A DNA stretch of 64,000 bases from Diplonema japonicum (lineage: Eukaryota > Protista > Euglenozoa: Diplonemea), in NCBI GenBank assembly GCA_964019335.1, contig OZ025729.1, positions 186,001 through 250,000 on the forward strand, read 5' to 3'. The notes under the pieces were generated by a model. The model worked only from the letters and a program-made list of their open reading frames with translations. It did no database searches and had not been told where the DNA came from. The stretch's first letter is position 1; each line of letters opens with the position of its first letter. Below are positions 41,604 to 51,132 of this stretch, piece after piece. The translations under genes were made by a program, and so were the position numbers.

Positions 41604-44600
41604 ATGCCTCGCACGGAAGGAGTGAAGGTGGGGGAGTACAGGAAGCCGAACCTGCTGTCTGCGGTGCTGTTCGTGATGGTGAAGAACTACCGTCTGAAGC
41701 TGAAGGAGTGGAAGTCCACGATGCTGGAGGTGCTGCTCCCGACGCTGTTCCTGACGATGCTTGTGCCGGCGTACGTGGCGGCGGGGTCGGTGCGGTGGGA
41801 CAACCGGTCCTTCCTGGACAACCACCTGGACGTGGACGAGTACTTCAACCCATGGATGTGCCGGCTGCGGGGGGCGACGGAGCCCGAGGGGTACGCAGAG
41901 TGCGTGGACCGACCGAAGCCGTGGCACTGCCTGGGGAACCTGTGTCTGAACTCGACGGTACCGGACAAGGACACGGAGGAGCTGGAGGTGCTTCTGGGCC
42001 GGTGGTTCTACGTGGTGAACTCGACGACGGTGCCGAGCTTCGACACGATCGCGCTGTGGCGCCACTTCGCGCAGACGGTGGACATTCCCGGGTGGGACAG
42101 CTGGGACGACAACATGGCTGTGGCGCTGGGGACGGGGGCAAACGTGAGCATCGTGGCAGAGCACCCTTCTCTGCAAGGGGTGGCGGACCGGCTGGACGCT
42201 TGGCTCCTGAACAGCACCTACACCTACCAGTTCACGCGGAAGGAGTTCAAGACGGAGAAGGAAGCGACGGACTACGCGAAGTCGGAGGGGTCATCGAAGA
42301 TTTGGGCGCTGATCGTGGTGCGGGGGCCGACCGACTTCACGATTCGAATGAACCGGACGGCGACCCCTGACACGGGGACGGACGAGGCGTTGGAGAAGGG
42401 GCTCGACAAGCAGTTCCGGCAGTACCTCGGGGGCGGGTTCCTCACCCTGCAGACCCTCATCAACGCGAACTTGACGGGGACGGACGACAGCTCGGCGGCG
42501 GTGGTCCCGATGCCGATCCAGGGCTTCAAGCAGAACAGCTTCCTGGAGGAGGCAGGAGGCTTCCTCCCGATCATCCTGACCCTCGCCTTTCTCTTCCCCA
42601 TGTCGCAGGTGGTGTCGTCGATCGTGCGCGAGAAGGAGGCGCGGATCCGGGAGGCGATGCTCATCATGGGCCTCTCGTCCTCCGCCTTCAAGCTCTCCTG
42701 GCTCCTCACTACCGTGTTGCAGATGTCGGTCACGGGGATCCTCCTCACCATCGTGGTGAAGGCCTCCTACCTGAACGAGACCATCTATGGGATCATCTTC
42801 ATGCTGTTCTGGAGCTACTGCGTCTCCCTGGCGGCTGCGGGGATCCTCCTCTCCGTGTTGTTCTCGAAGGCCTCCCTTGCGAGCCTGATGAGTCCGATGC
42901 TGTACCTTCTCAGCGCGATCCCCTCCTTCATCCTGACGAACCCCTCACTCACCACGAAGACAGGGCTGTCCCTCTTCAGCACCTACGCCTTCTCCCAGTC
43001 TGTGGGGCTGGTGTTCAGGGCTGCTGGGAAGGGAGACCCCATGACGTGGGACAGTGCGGGGGACGGGAGCTACTCCTTCAACAGGGGCCTCCTCTTCATG
43101 TGGATCGATACCTTCCTGTACCTGGTCCTTGCCGCCTGGCTGGATCAGGTGGTCCCCAGCGAGTGGGGGGCGAAGAAACCCTTCTTCTACTACTGCTGGC
43201 CCCCTCTTTGGTTCCACTCTGCTTCGGAAACGGCGAACTTCAAGGGCCTCGGGACGGACGGGATGTTGGACCGCACCAACATGGAGACGATCACGGACAG
43301 GGAGCTCCTCGCAAAGGAACGGGTGAGGGTGACGAACATCCGGAAGGAGTTTGGGGACCTTGTGAAGTTCGGGAAGGCGGACAAGGTGGCGGTGAACAAC
43401 GTGAACCTGTCGCTGTACGAGGGGCAGATCCTTGCCCTGCTGGGGCACAACGGGGCGGGGAAGACGACCCTCATCAACATGCTGACGGGGATGCTGCCTG
43501 TGACCTCAGGGGACGCGGCTGTCTACGGGAACTCAGTGTGCCACGAGATGGAGGCGGTCCGGAGGGACATCGGGCTGTGCCCGCAGCACAACATTTTGTG
43601 GGACAACATAACCTGTGCGGAGCACCTGCGCTTCTACGGGCGCGTGAAGGGGATCCCGTCTGACGAGCTGGAGGACCAGGTGGACGACATCCTGCACAAG
43701 GTGGAGCTCTTCGACAAGAAGGAGACCAACTCGGCTGCGCTGTCCGGCGGGATGAAGCGGAAGCTCAGTGTGGGGATCTCTCTGATCGGGGGTTCCCGGT
43801 TCATCATCTTGGACGAGCCGACGGCGGGGATGGACGTGCAGGCGAGGCGGGCAATCTGGGACCTCTTGAAAAGCGTGCGGGATGGGCGCACCATCCTGCT
43901 GACGACACACTTCATGGACGAGGCGGACCTGCTCGGGGACTCGATCGCGATCTTGCACGACGGCCGCGTGCACTGCCACGGGTCGTCCTTCTTCTTGAAG
44001 CAGAAGCTTGGGGTCGGCTACAACCTTACAATGGAGCTGGGACCCAGCGGCGACGTCGATGCCATCACGAACACCATCAAAAGCGAGATCGAACCGCTGA
44101 ACGAAGCAAGAAACATGCAGCAGGTCGAGCTTCTGTCTGCTGCTGGGTCGGAGCTTGCGTTCAGGGTCCCGATGTGGGGTCTTCCCAACTTCTCGCGCAT
44201 GTTCGAACAGCTGGAGCAGAAGGGGAGTGAGCTGGGGATCAATTCGTTCGGGATGAGCGTGACCACCTTGGAGGAGATCTTCATCAAGATCGCCCACGAC
44301 AACGAGCACCACTCCAAAGAGCATGCCGTCCTCCAGCCTCCTAAGAACGGCCACCCGCAGCCTCTCTGCCACTCTCCTGATGGTTACAAAGAACATGCTA
44401 GCATCCTGCGCACCCTGGACATCAGCCCTGAGGAAAAGATGCATGGCTCGGAGTTGATGTCGTCTCAGTGGCGCGGGCTGTTCTTCAAGAGGTTCCAGTA
44501 CAGCAAGCGGGACAAGTGCACGATTTGCTTCCAGCTGATCCTCCCTGTGGTGGTGGTGGCTTACACGCTTGGCCTGTTGCGTCTCAACGTGACGAACCTG

Positions 44601-46805
44601 GACGCGATCTCCCTGGACAAGTACGGGAAGGACTCGATCTTCCCGGTAGCTCCTGCGACAAGCCCGTACGGTGCGATCCCTCCTCTCGAAGGGGTGACTC
44701 CGATGCCCGAGGCCTTCAACACGGCAGTGAACATGAGCAACTGGCTGCTGCACAGGACGGACACGAAGGACACGAAGTGCTGGCAGGCGCTGTTCCAAGA
44801 AACGTCGAACCTCGAGGCGGCCAAGACGCTGTTCTTCAACGCGAGCAACACGCACAGCATTGCGGTCGCCTTCAACAGCCTTGCGAACTCGGTGTACAAG
44901 CAGAAGAATGGGAACAACACGTATGTGTCGATGGTCAACGACCCGCTCCCCTTCAGCGACTTCTTCAAAGAGCAGCTGAAGAGCTTCATGGCGGTGAACA
45001 TCGCGACCAACATCATGCTCCCCTTCTGCTTCATCCCCGCCAACTACGTCGCCTTCATGGTGAAGGAGCGTGTCACGAAGTCGAAGCACGTGCAGGTGGT
45101 GTCCGGTGTGCGCCTCCCTGTCTATTGGATGTCGAACTTTTGTTGGGACCTCCTCGCCTTCATGGTGAGCACCTTCTTGTGCTTCTTGATGTTCTTCATC
45201 TTCAACCGAAAGGAGTACGTGGGTGGGGGCGAGACCTTCCTCGCCACCTTCTTGCTGTTCTTCTTCTACGGGGTGACAGCAATCTGGGCAGCGTACCTGT
45301 CGTCCTTCTACTTCGAGAGCCCGACTGTGGGGCAGAACACGGTGCTGCTGGGGAACTACTTCTCTGGGTTCGCGCTGGTGATGACGGTCGGGATTCTGCA
45401 AATGGTGAAGTCGACGAGGAAGGTGGCGAAGGTGCTGCGGTTCGTGTTCCGCGTGATCCCGTCCTTCTGCTTGGGGGACGGGATCCTGGCCCTGGCACAG
45501 CTTCCCTCGAACAAGAAGATGGGGATAACGAGCGACGGGGCGCTGGCGATGGACGTGGTTGGGTGGGACATTGTGTTCTTGTGCATCATGTGCCCTGTGT
45601 ACGCGCTCCTGTCCCTTTCGCATGACTTCCCGCAGATCTGGTACGCCCTCGGGGTGAGGAAGCCTCCTCCGTCCCTGGACACTGTGCGGGACGGCGGCGG
45701 CGGCGGCAGCAGCAGCAGAAAAGAAGAAGAAGACGACGACGTGGCGGCGGAGAGGCAGGCTGTCCTCGGGGGAAGGGGAGGGGACGTGGTGCGGGTGAAG
45801 GGGCTTCGGAAGGTGTACCCGGGGACGGAGGGACGGCGTCCGAAGGTGGCGGTGAAGGAAGTGACCTTCGGGGTGAAGACGGGCGAGATCTTCGCCTTCC
45901 TCGGGACGAACGGGGCGGGGAAGACGACGGTGATCTCGATGCTGGCGGGGGACTTCAAGCCGACGGTTGGAACGGCGTCGATCAAGGGCTACGACGTGGT
46001 GACGGAGGCGACGGAGGCGAAGCGGGAGCTGGGGTACTGCCCGCAGTTCGACGCGCTGCTGGACCTGCTGACCCCTCGGGAGCACATGCGGCTGTACGCG
46101 GGGCTGCGCGGGGTTCGGCGGGAGAGGGGGGAAGCGATGGCGGCGGGGCTGGCGCGGATCCTCGGCTTCGAGGAGCACCTGGACACGGAGTGCAAGCAGC
46201 TGTCGGGAGGGAACAAGAGGAAGACGAGCATCGCGATCTCCCTGATCGGGGGCCCGTCGTGCATCCTGCTGGACGAGCCGACTGCGGGGATGGACCCCGT
46301 GGCGAGGCGTGGGATGTGGACAGCGCTCCAATCCATCGGGAAGGGCCGGTGCGTGATCCTGACGACGCACCACCTGGAGGAGGTGGAGGCGCTGGCCCAC
46401 CGCACGGCGATCATGGTGGACGGGAGCCTGCAGTGCCTGGGGACGCTGTCCCACCTGAAGCACAAGTTCGGCGGGGCCTACGAGATCCAGGTGAAGGTGG
46501 TCCCAGAGAAGGAGACCGTGGTCCACGACTTCTTCGCCACCACCTTCCCCACCTCCCTCCTCATCGAGCAGACCAACCACAGGCTCACCTACCAGCTCCC
46601 TGCAGGGCAGAAACTCTCCTCCATGTTCGCCATCATCCACGAGGCCCGCGGCCCCCTCGGCATCGTTGACTACTCCATCACAGAGACCTCCCTCGAGCAG
46701 GTCTTCATCGCAATCTGCAAGAAGTACATTAACTCAGATGCTGAGCACCACCATCACCACGATGCTGGTGATGAGCAGCAGTGTGTGGGTACGTTTCTTG
46801 TTTAA
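41604..46805 (+). CDS. ABC transporter subfamily A, copy 2, 1733 aa
   Basis: Apparently identical to copy 1 except the inter-half linker (about 44311-44403) and the C-terminal tail. Confidence 0.95.
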   Translation: MPRTEGVKVGEYRKPNLLSAVLFVMVKNYRLKLKEWKSTMLEVLLPTLFLTMLVPAYVAAGSVRWDNRSFLDNHLDVDEYFNPWMCRLRGATEPEGYAECVDRPKPWHCLGNLCLNSTVPDKDTEELEVLLGRWFYVVNSTTVPSFDTIALWRHFAQTVDIPGWDSWDDNMAVALGTGANVSIVAEHPSLQGVADRLDAWLLNSTYTYQFTRKEFKTEKEATDYAKSEGSSKIWALIVVRGPTDFTIRMNRTATPDTGTDEALEKGLDKQFRQYLGGGFLTLQTLINANLTGTDDSSAAVVPMPIQGFKQNSFLEEAGGFLPIILTLAFLFPMSQVVSSIVREKEARIREAMLIMGLSSSAFKLSWLLTTVLQMSVTGILLTIVVKASYLNETIYGIIFMLFWSYCVSLAAAGILLSVLFSKASLASLMSPMLYLLSAIPSFILTNPSLTTKTGLSLFSTYAFSQSVGLVFRAAGKGDPMTWDSAGDGSYSFNRGLLFMWIDTFLYLVLAAWLDQVVPSEWGAKKPFFYYCWPPLWFHSASETANFKGLGTDGMLDRTNMETITDRELLAKERVRVTNIRKEFGDLVKFGKADKVAVNNVNLSLYEGQILALLGHNGAGKTTLINMLTGMLPVTSGDAAVYGNSVCHEMEAVRRDIGLCPQHNILWDNITCAEHLRFYGRVKGIPSDELEDQVDDILHKVELFDKKETNSAALSGGMKRKLSVGISLIGGSRFIILDEPTAGMDVQARRAIWDLLKSVRDGRTILLTTHFMDEADLLGDSIAILHDGRVHCHGSSFFLKQKLGVGYNLTMELGPSGDVDAITNTIKSEIEPLNEARNMQQVELLSAAGSELAFRVPMWGLPNFSRMFEQLEQKGSELGINSFGMSVTTLEEIFIKIAHDNEHHSKEHAVLQPPKNGHPQPLCHSPDGYKEHASILRTLDISPEEKMHGSELMSSQWRGLFFKRFQYSKRDKCTICFQLILPVVVVAYTLGLLRLNVTNLDAISLDKYGKDSIFPVAPATSPYGAIPPLEGVTPMPEAFNTAVNMSNWLLHRTDTKDTKCWQALFQETSNLEAAKTLFFNASNTHSIAVAFNSLANSVYKQKNGNNTYVSMVNDPLPFSDFFKEQLKSFMAVNIATNIMLPFCFIPANYVAFMVKERVTKSKHVQVVSGVRLPVYWMSNFCWDLLAFMVSTFLCFLMFFIFNRKEYVGGGETFLATFLLFFFYGVTAIWAAYLSSFYFESPTVGQNTVLLGNYFSGFALVMTVGILQMVKSTRKVAKVLRFVFRVIPSFCLGDGILALAQLPSNKKMGITSDGALAMDVVGWDIVFLCIMCPVYALLSLSHDFPQIWYALGVRKPPPSLDTVRDGGGGGSSSRKEEEDDDVAAERQAVLGGRGGDVVRVKGLRKVYPGTEGRRPKVAVKEVTFGVKTGEIFAFLGTNGAGKTTVISMLAGDFKPTVGTASIKGYDVVTEATEAKRELGYCPQFDALLDLLTPREHMRLYAGLRGVRRERGEAMAAGLARILGFEEHLDTECKQLSGGNKRKTSIAISLIGGPSCILLDEPTAGMDPVARRGMWTALQSIGKGRCVILTTHHLEEVEALAHRTAIMVDGSLQCLGTLSHLKHKFGGAYEIQVKVVPEKETVVHDFFATTFPTSLLIEQTNHRLTYQLPAGQKLSSMFAIIHEARGPLGIVDYSITETSLEQVFIAICKKYINSDAEHHHHHDAGDEQQCVGTFLV

Positions 46806-48157
46806 AAAAAAAGGGGGAGAAGACTTTGTTTGGGGAAAAAAAAAAAAAAAATGCGACAGGAAATTAAGATACATTTGCTGCGCTTTCGGAAGAACAATGC
46901 CAGGGAATATGGTGGCCTGAACGGAAGAAAAGGGGGAAAGGCACGGGCTATTCGTTTATTTCTTTTTTCTTTTTTTTTTTCTCTTATTATTTCCTCAATT
47001 CCATCCTTTTTTTTATTCTTTTATTTTTATTTTTTAAATCCTCTATCTTCCCTCCAAACAAAGTAGGGAAAAAAAAAAAAAAAAAAAACACATGAGAAAA
47101 AAAAAAAAAAAAGAGAGAAAAAAGAAAAAGAAGGTTTCTCTATTTTTTTTTTTTTTATTCTTTGATTCTTCTTCACCTCCTTGCTGTTTGCTTCTATCTT
47201 TTTACTTTATAAAATTTTTTTTTCTTTTTTTTTTTTTTTTGTTTTACCTCCCTCTCTTACCTTTTAGCTTACGCACTCGAGTTCGTAAAGAAATGACTTG
47301 GAATCAGGTAATTTGCAAGAACAAGCCTTTTGACTTGTCTGAGCAAAAGGGGAAAGCTGGCGAACGTGTGTTTGCGGGTATTTGCCTCTCCGGGTTTCTA
47401 CTTCTGTCACAAGAGGAACAACAGCCAATTCCTCTTCTCCTTGTTTTTCAGCTTTCTTTACTACAATGTTTTTCGGGCAAACAAAAAAAAAAAAGAAAAA
47501 ATTGTCAAAGAAAATAAGGAAAAGGGGCTTTATTTCCCTTTTGGCCTTCCATTTTCTTTTTCTCCCCATCTTTTTTTTTTTTTTTTTTATGCCCAGTCGC
47601 CAGCTGCTGAACAAGCTGGTATCTACTTGTTTTATCAGAAAAAAAAAAAAAATCGAAAGAAGAAAAAAAAAAACTTTTGCTTCCAATTAGCTAAAAAAGA
47701 AAAGAGAAAAAAAAAAAAGAAAAAGAGTTCTTTTAAGAGAAATTGTCTTCCATTTGTCTTATTGTTGTCTTTATAAAAAGTCTCGACAAAAGACAGGGAG
47801 AACTTGCTTTTTCTTTTTTTTTTAATTTTTTTTTTTTTTTTTAGCTTTTTAAATTATTCCCCCCTATCTGCATTTTATTACCCTTCCGTTCTATATTTTT
47901 TACTTTGTTTTGAAGAAAGAAAAAAAAAAAGAAAAAGAAACTGCATAATTTATTTTTTCACCCGGAAAAAAAAAAAAAGAATAAAGGGAATAAAATTAAA
48001 AAAAAAAAAGCAGTGCTGATATATAAAAAAAAAAAAAAAAATTCTTTTTGAATCTTCTCTTTTTCCTCCCTGTTTTTTTTTTTTTTTTTTCTTTGCCCGC
48101 CCTTTTCGAGAAAAAAAAAAAAAAGAGGGAGGGAAATAAAAAAGAAGAAAAAAAAAA

Positions 48158-48979
48158 ATGCCAGCCACAATATACCTACGTGTGGAGAATACCGGAGAAC
48201 AACACACTATAGAGGTATCCGAGCACGAATCAACTCACGAACTGTATAAAAAAGCAAACAACGCAACAGGCAGCCAGATGATCATACTTGAGATGGAGGG
48301 AGAGGAGATCCCCGACGACGGGAAAACAGAAGTGGGCAGTTTGGGCTTCCACGAGGGATGCGAGGTAATTATAAGAATAGGAGGGATACTCTCTGTTTCA
48401 AGCCTTTCAGAACTGAAGGCGAGGAAAGAAGAAATATCGGACACCGCATCAATCGCCGGAGATCGCTTCACCTTGGAAATCGACATCCATCAAGGTGACT
48501 TGCCAGGCTGGGCAATTCCAAAAACGGTCAGAGCTATCCGCTTAGTGGCTAGTGGTGCGCCATTATCCTTGGGGACACACTTTCTCAGCGAGGCGCAATC
48601 CTTAACCAGCATCGACACGTCTGGGCTGGCCAATGCGATTCGAGAAGTGGGTCCTAATTTCCTTGCAAACTGCACCTCGTTAACGTCTATCAATCTTTCC
48701 CCTTTTCCCTTGGAGGTGATCCCGTGTGGGTTCCTCCTTGGTTGCACGTCCTTGACGTCGCTGGACTTTTCGCCCCTTGCGGGTGTTCGTGCTATTCAGT
48801 CGCATTTTATGTGGAACTGTAGCTCTTTGGTGGACCTTGACCTGCGTCCCTTGGGCTCTGTTGTCACCTTGTCGCCTGAGCCCTTTAGGTTTTGCTCTTC
48901 ATTGAAACGGATATTGCTTCCGGACGGCGACAGCAAAATAAGAATGCTGCCAGACTACGCGAGTAGGCTTGTCCTGTAG
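48158..48979 (+). CDS. Ubiquitin-like N-terminal domain + BspA-type leucine-rich repeat protein, 273 aa
   Basis: N-terminal ~75 aa has a beta-grasp pattern (IYLRV...HTIEV...ELYKK...ILEMEGEEIPDD...SLGFHEGCEVII). C-terminal repeats follow FLxxCxSLTSIxLSPL (FLANCTSLTSINLSPF, FLLGCTSLTSLDFSPL, FMWNCSSLVDLDLRPL). Confidence 0.75.
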   Translation: MPATIYLRVENTGEQHTIEVSEHESTHELYKKANNATGSQMIILEMEGEEIPDDGKTEVGSLGFHEGCEVIIRIGGILSVSSLSELKARKEEISDTASIAGDRFTLEIDIHQGDLPGWAIPKTVRAIRLVASGAPLSLGTHFLSEAQSLTSIDTSGLANAIREVGPNFLANCTSLTSINLSPFPLEVIPCGFLLGCTSLTSLDFSPLAGVRAIQSHFMWNCSSLVDLDLRPLGSVVTLSPEPFRFCSSLKRILLPDGDSKIRMLPDYASRLVL

Positions 48980-49069
48980 CTTCTTTTTTTTTTTTTTTTA
49001 TTCCCTTTAATGTTTTGATCAAAACGTTTCTCTTTAGGAGAAAAGAGAGAAAACCTTCCTACTCTCTCT

Positions 49070-49103
<34 letters not shown>

Positions 49104-49163
49104 CAACATTTTTTTTTTTTTTTTTAGAATACCCATTATCCCACCCAACACATAAAGATATAC

Positions 49164-50213
49164 ATGACCGCTCCTGATGACATGTGGGAGAGCAGCATCA
49201 AGAAGCTTCTGAAAAGGCGAAAAACCACAGGAGGTGGTGTGACATACCAAGTGCAGTGGGCCTGCGGGGAGAAAGGGTGGGTCACTGAGGAAGACCTAGA
49301 AGAGGAAGGGTACCACTGGATGATGAGCTCCTTCGAGACCACCAGGCGGGCTTCTTCGACAAAAAAAAAAGAAGAACACAACGAGGAAAAAAAGAAACCT
49401 AGCCAACCTCTATGGGTGACTCGGCCCTACGTTCCCATTCCTCCTCCCACAGCTCAACCTGTTGTCCCAACATCCCGCTGCACGTGGAACCACAGGACGG
49501 GATACTGGAACCCACCACAGGCAACTTGGGAGTCTGTTTTCTACAAGAAAAAACCGAAAGCAAAGAAAACGATCAAACCTTGCGCCAGAAAGACCAAAGA
49601 AAAGCAAGCGAAGGCCAGCGCGCGAGCAGCTGCCTTTGTAGAACGATTGTACACTGTTTCAACAAGTGCTTTTATGTCTCCTTCGCTGCTTGGGAGCCCG
49701 CTTGGTCTTTTCCCCAATTTCATAACGGAGGTGGTCGAGAGGTTCAAGAGGAGTTCCCTTTCAGCTACTAATATTTTCAATGTGTTGAAAAAAGACAGAT
49801 TACAAGCATTCGAAAGGCAGCTCTGCGACGGTGATACCGTTAAAATGGTGTTTCACGGTACGCCCACCGCGGAAAACATCAGCGGCATCGTCGCCAGCGG
49901 ACTTAGAATACCAAATGTGGGGAATAATCCTATTAAAATGTTGAATGGGGCGGCTTACGGCCCTGGGGTTTATACGGCGGAGACCCCTGGTATGCCTAGT
50001 TCTTACAGCTTAAGCCAGAAAGCCATGTTTGTTTGTGCTGGTGTTAGGCCAACTGTGGTCAGAGGTGATGTTAATGTATACGGGGTGTCTCACAGCGTCA
50101 TCCCTATTGCTATTGTCACTTATGTAAACGCCGGCACTAAGTACCAGGAGAGCGTTCCGGTCTTCCACAGCAGCCTCTTGAATTTTGCCCCGCCGTTTTC
50201 TGATGATAACTGA
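49164..50213 (+). CDS. Chromodomain-like + PARP-family ADP-ribosyltransferase domain protein, 349 aa
   Basis: N-terminal WESSIKKLLKRR...YQVQW...GWVTEEDL (chromo-like). C-terminal MVFHGT, ISGIVASGL, GAAYGPGVYTA...SSYS, MFVC and VIPIAIVTY (ART/PARP fold motifs). Confidence 0.7.
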   Translation: MTAPDDMWESSIKKLLKRRKTTGGGVTYQVQWACGEKGWVTEEDLEEEGYHWMMSSFETTRRASSTKKKEEHNEEKKKPSQPLWVTRPYVPIPPPTAQPVVPTSRCTWNHRTGYWNPPQATWESVFYKKKPKAKKTIKPCARKTKEKQAKASARAAAFVERLYTVSTSAFMSPSLLGSPLGLFPNFITEVVERFKRSSLSATNIFNVLKKDRLQAFERQLCDGDTVKMVFHGTPTAENISGIVASGLRIPNVGNNPIKMLNGAAYGPGVYTAETPGMPSSYSLSQKAMFVCAGVRPTVVRGDVNVYGVSHSVIPIAIVTYVNAGTKYQESVPVFHSSLLNFAPPFSDDN

Positions 50214-50228
50214 TTGTTTTTTTTTTAT

Positions 50229-50575
50229 TTTTATTTCACTCTTCGTCATTTTCTTCACTCACTACGAGCCTCATAATTTAACGCGAAATCGCCGTTGTTA
50301 AATAATGGCCCTTCACTCTCGCCGTGGAAAAAAATGCACCCAACCCCTTGAAAAATCTTTTTTGGGATGGGGGTATTTTGACTATTTTTGGCCATCTGAG
50401 GCCATTCCAGCCCTTAAAAGTGGGAATAAGTGCTTTACTTCCCCTTTAAATGCCACGGCGAAATAGCTACCCTGTATTACCTTAGGAAAACCCCCAAAAG
50501 CTGACCTGCGTGAAAAAAAACAGCAGTGAAAGCAGTGAAGAGTGAGTGACTCAAATGACGAAGAGTGAAATAAAA
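50229..50575. mobile_element. ~350-bp segment bounded by 35-bp inverted repeats (MITE-like)
   Basis: 50229-50263 TTTTATTTCACTCTTCGTCATTTtctTCACTCACT versus reverse complement of 50541-50575 TTTTATTTCACTCTTCGTCATTTgagTCACTCACT (32/35). Confidence 0.6.
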
Positions 50576-50583
50576 CGACTTAC

Positions 50584-50704
50584 TTGCCGCCAAATGAGCC
50601 ATTATTTAACACTCGTTACCGTTTTTTTGCACGAGGGCCCTGCGGGCCCTCGTGCAAAAAATTCGGGAACTCGAGTTAAATAATGACTCATTATTTGTTG
50701 GCAA
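50584..50704. repeat. Long palindrome/hairpin
   Basis: Perfect 18-bp stem TTTTTTGCACGAGGGCCC-tgc-GGGCCCTCGTGCAAAAAA, extended by AATGAGCCATTATTTAAC / GTTAAATAATGACTCATT (17/18). Confidence 0.85.
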
Positions 50705-51132
50705 TAAATAGCTATTATTTTTTTTACGATTTCTTTTTTTTTTTTTTTTTTTTTTCCACTTGTACTTGTGTTATCTAACCAAATATTTGGGGGAGGGGAA
50801 AAAAAAGGGGGGTGGGGATGAGGAGTCAGACTAGCCTTTTTTTTTTTTTTTTCCCGCACTCCGGTTTCCCCTTCCTTTTCTTTTTTCTGATATCCCCTCC
50901 CTTTTTTTTTTTTTTAAACGCTCTCCCATCTTCTTTCTTTCTTTTTTTTTTTGTGTCATGGAAAAAAAAAGAAGAAAAAGAAAAAAGATATTTTTGTTTG
51001 GAGAAAAAAAAAAACCTGTGATCTAACTTTACAGAACCTTAACTTTCCTCTCTAGTTTTTCTTTCTTTTTTTTTTCCCTTTTTTGAACCCCCTTTTTTTC
51101 CCTCGAACGCACACAGACACAAAAAAAAAAAA

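Noticed and set aside
46830-48150. Many short Phe/Lys-rich ORFs in spacers across the window
   Set aside because: Translations of homopolymer tracts, not genes.
50272-50309. Resemblance of ATTTAAC/GTTAAAT to the XerD arm of bacterial dif sites
   Set aside because: Only a 7-bp match with the wrong spacing, no XerC arm, and a eukaryotic context.
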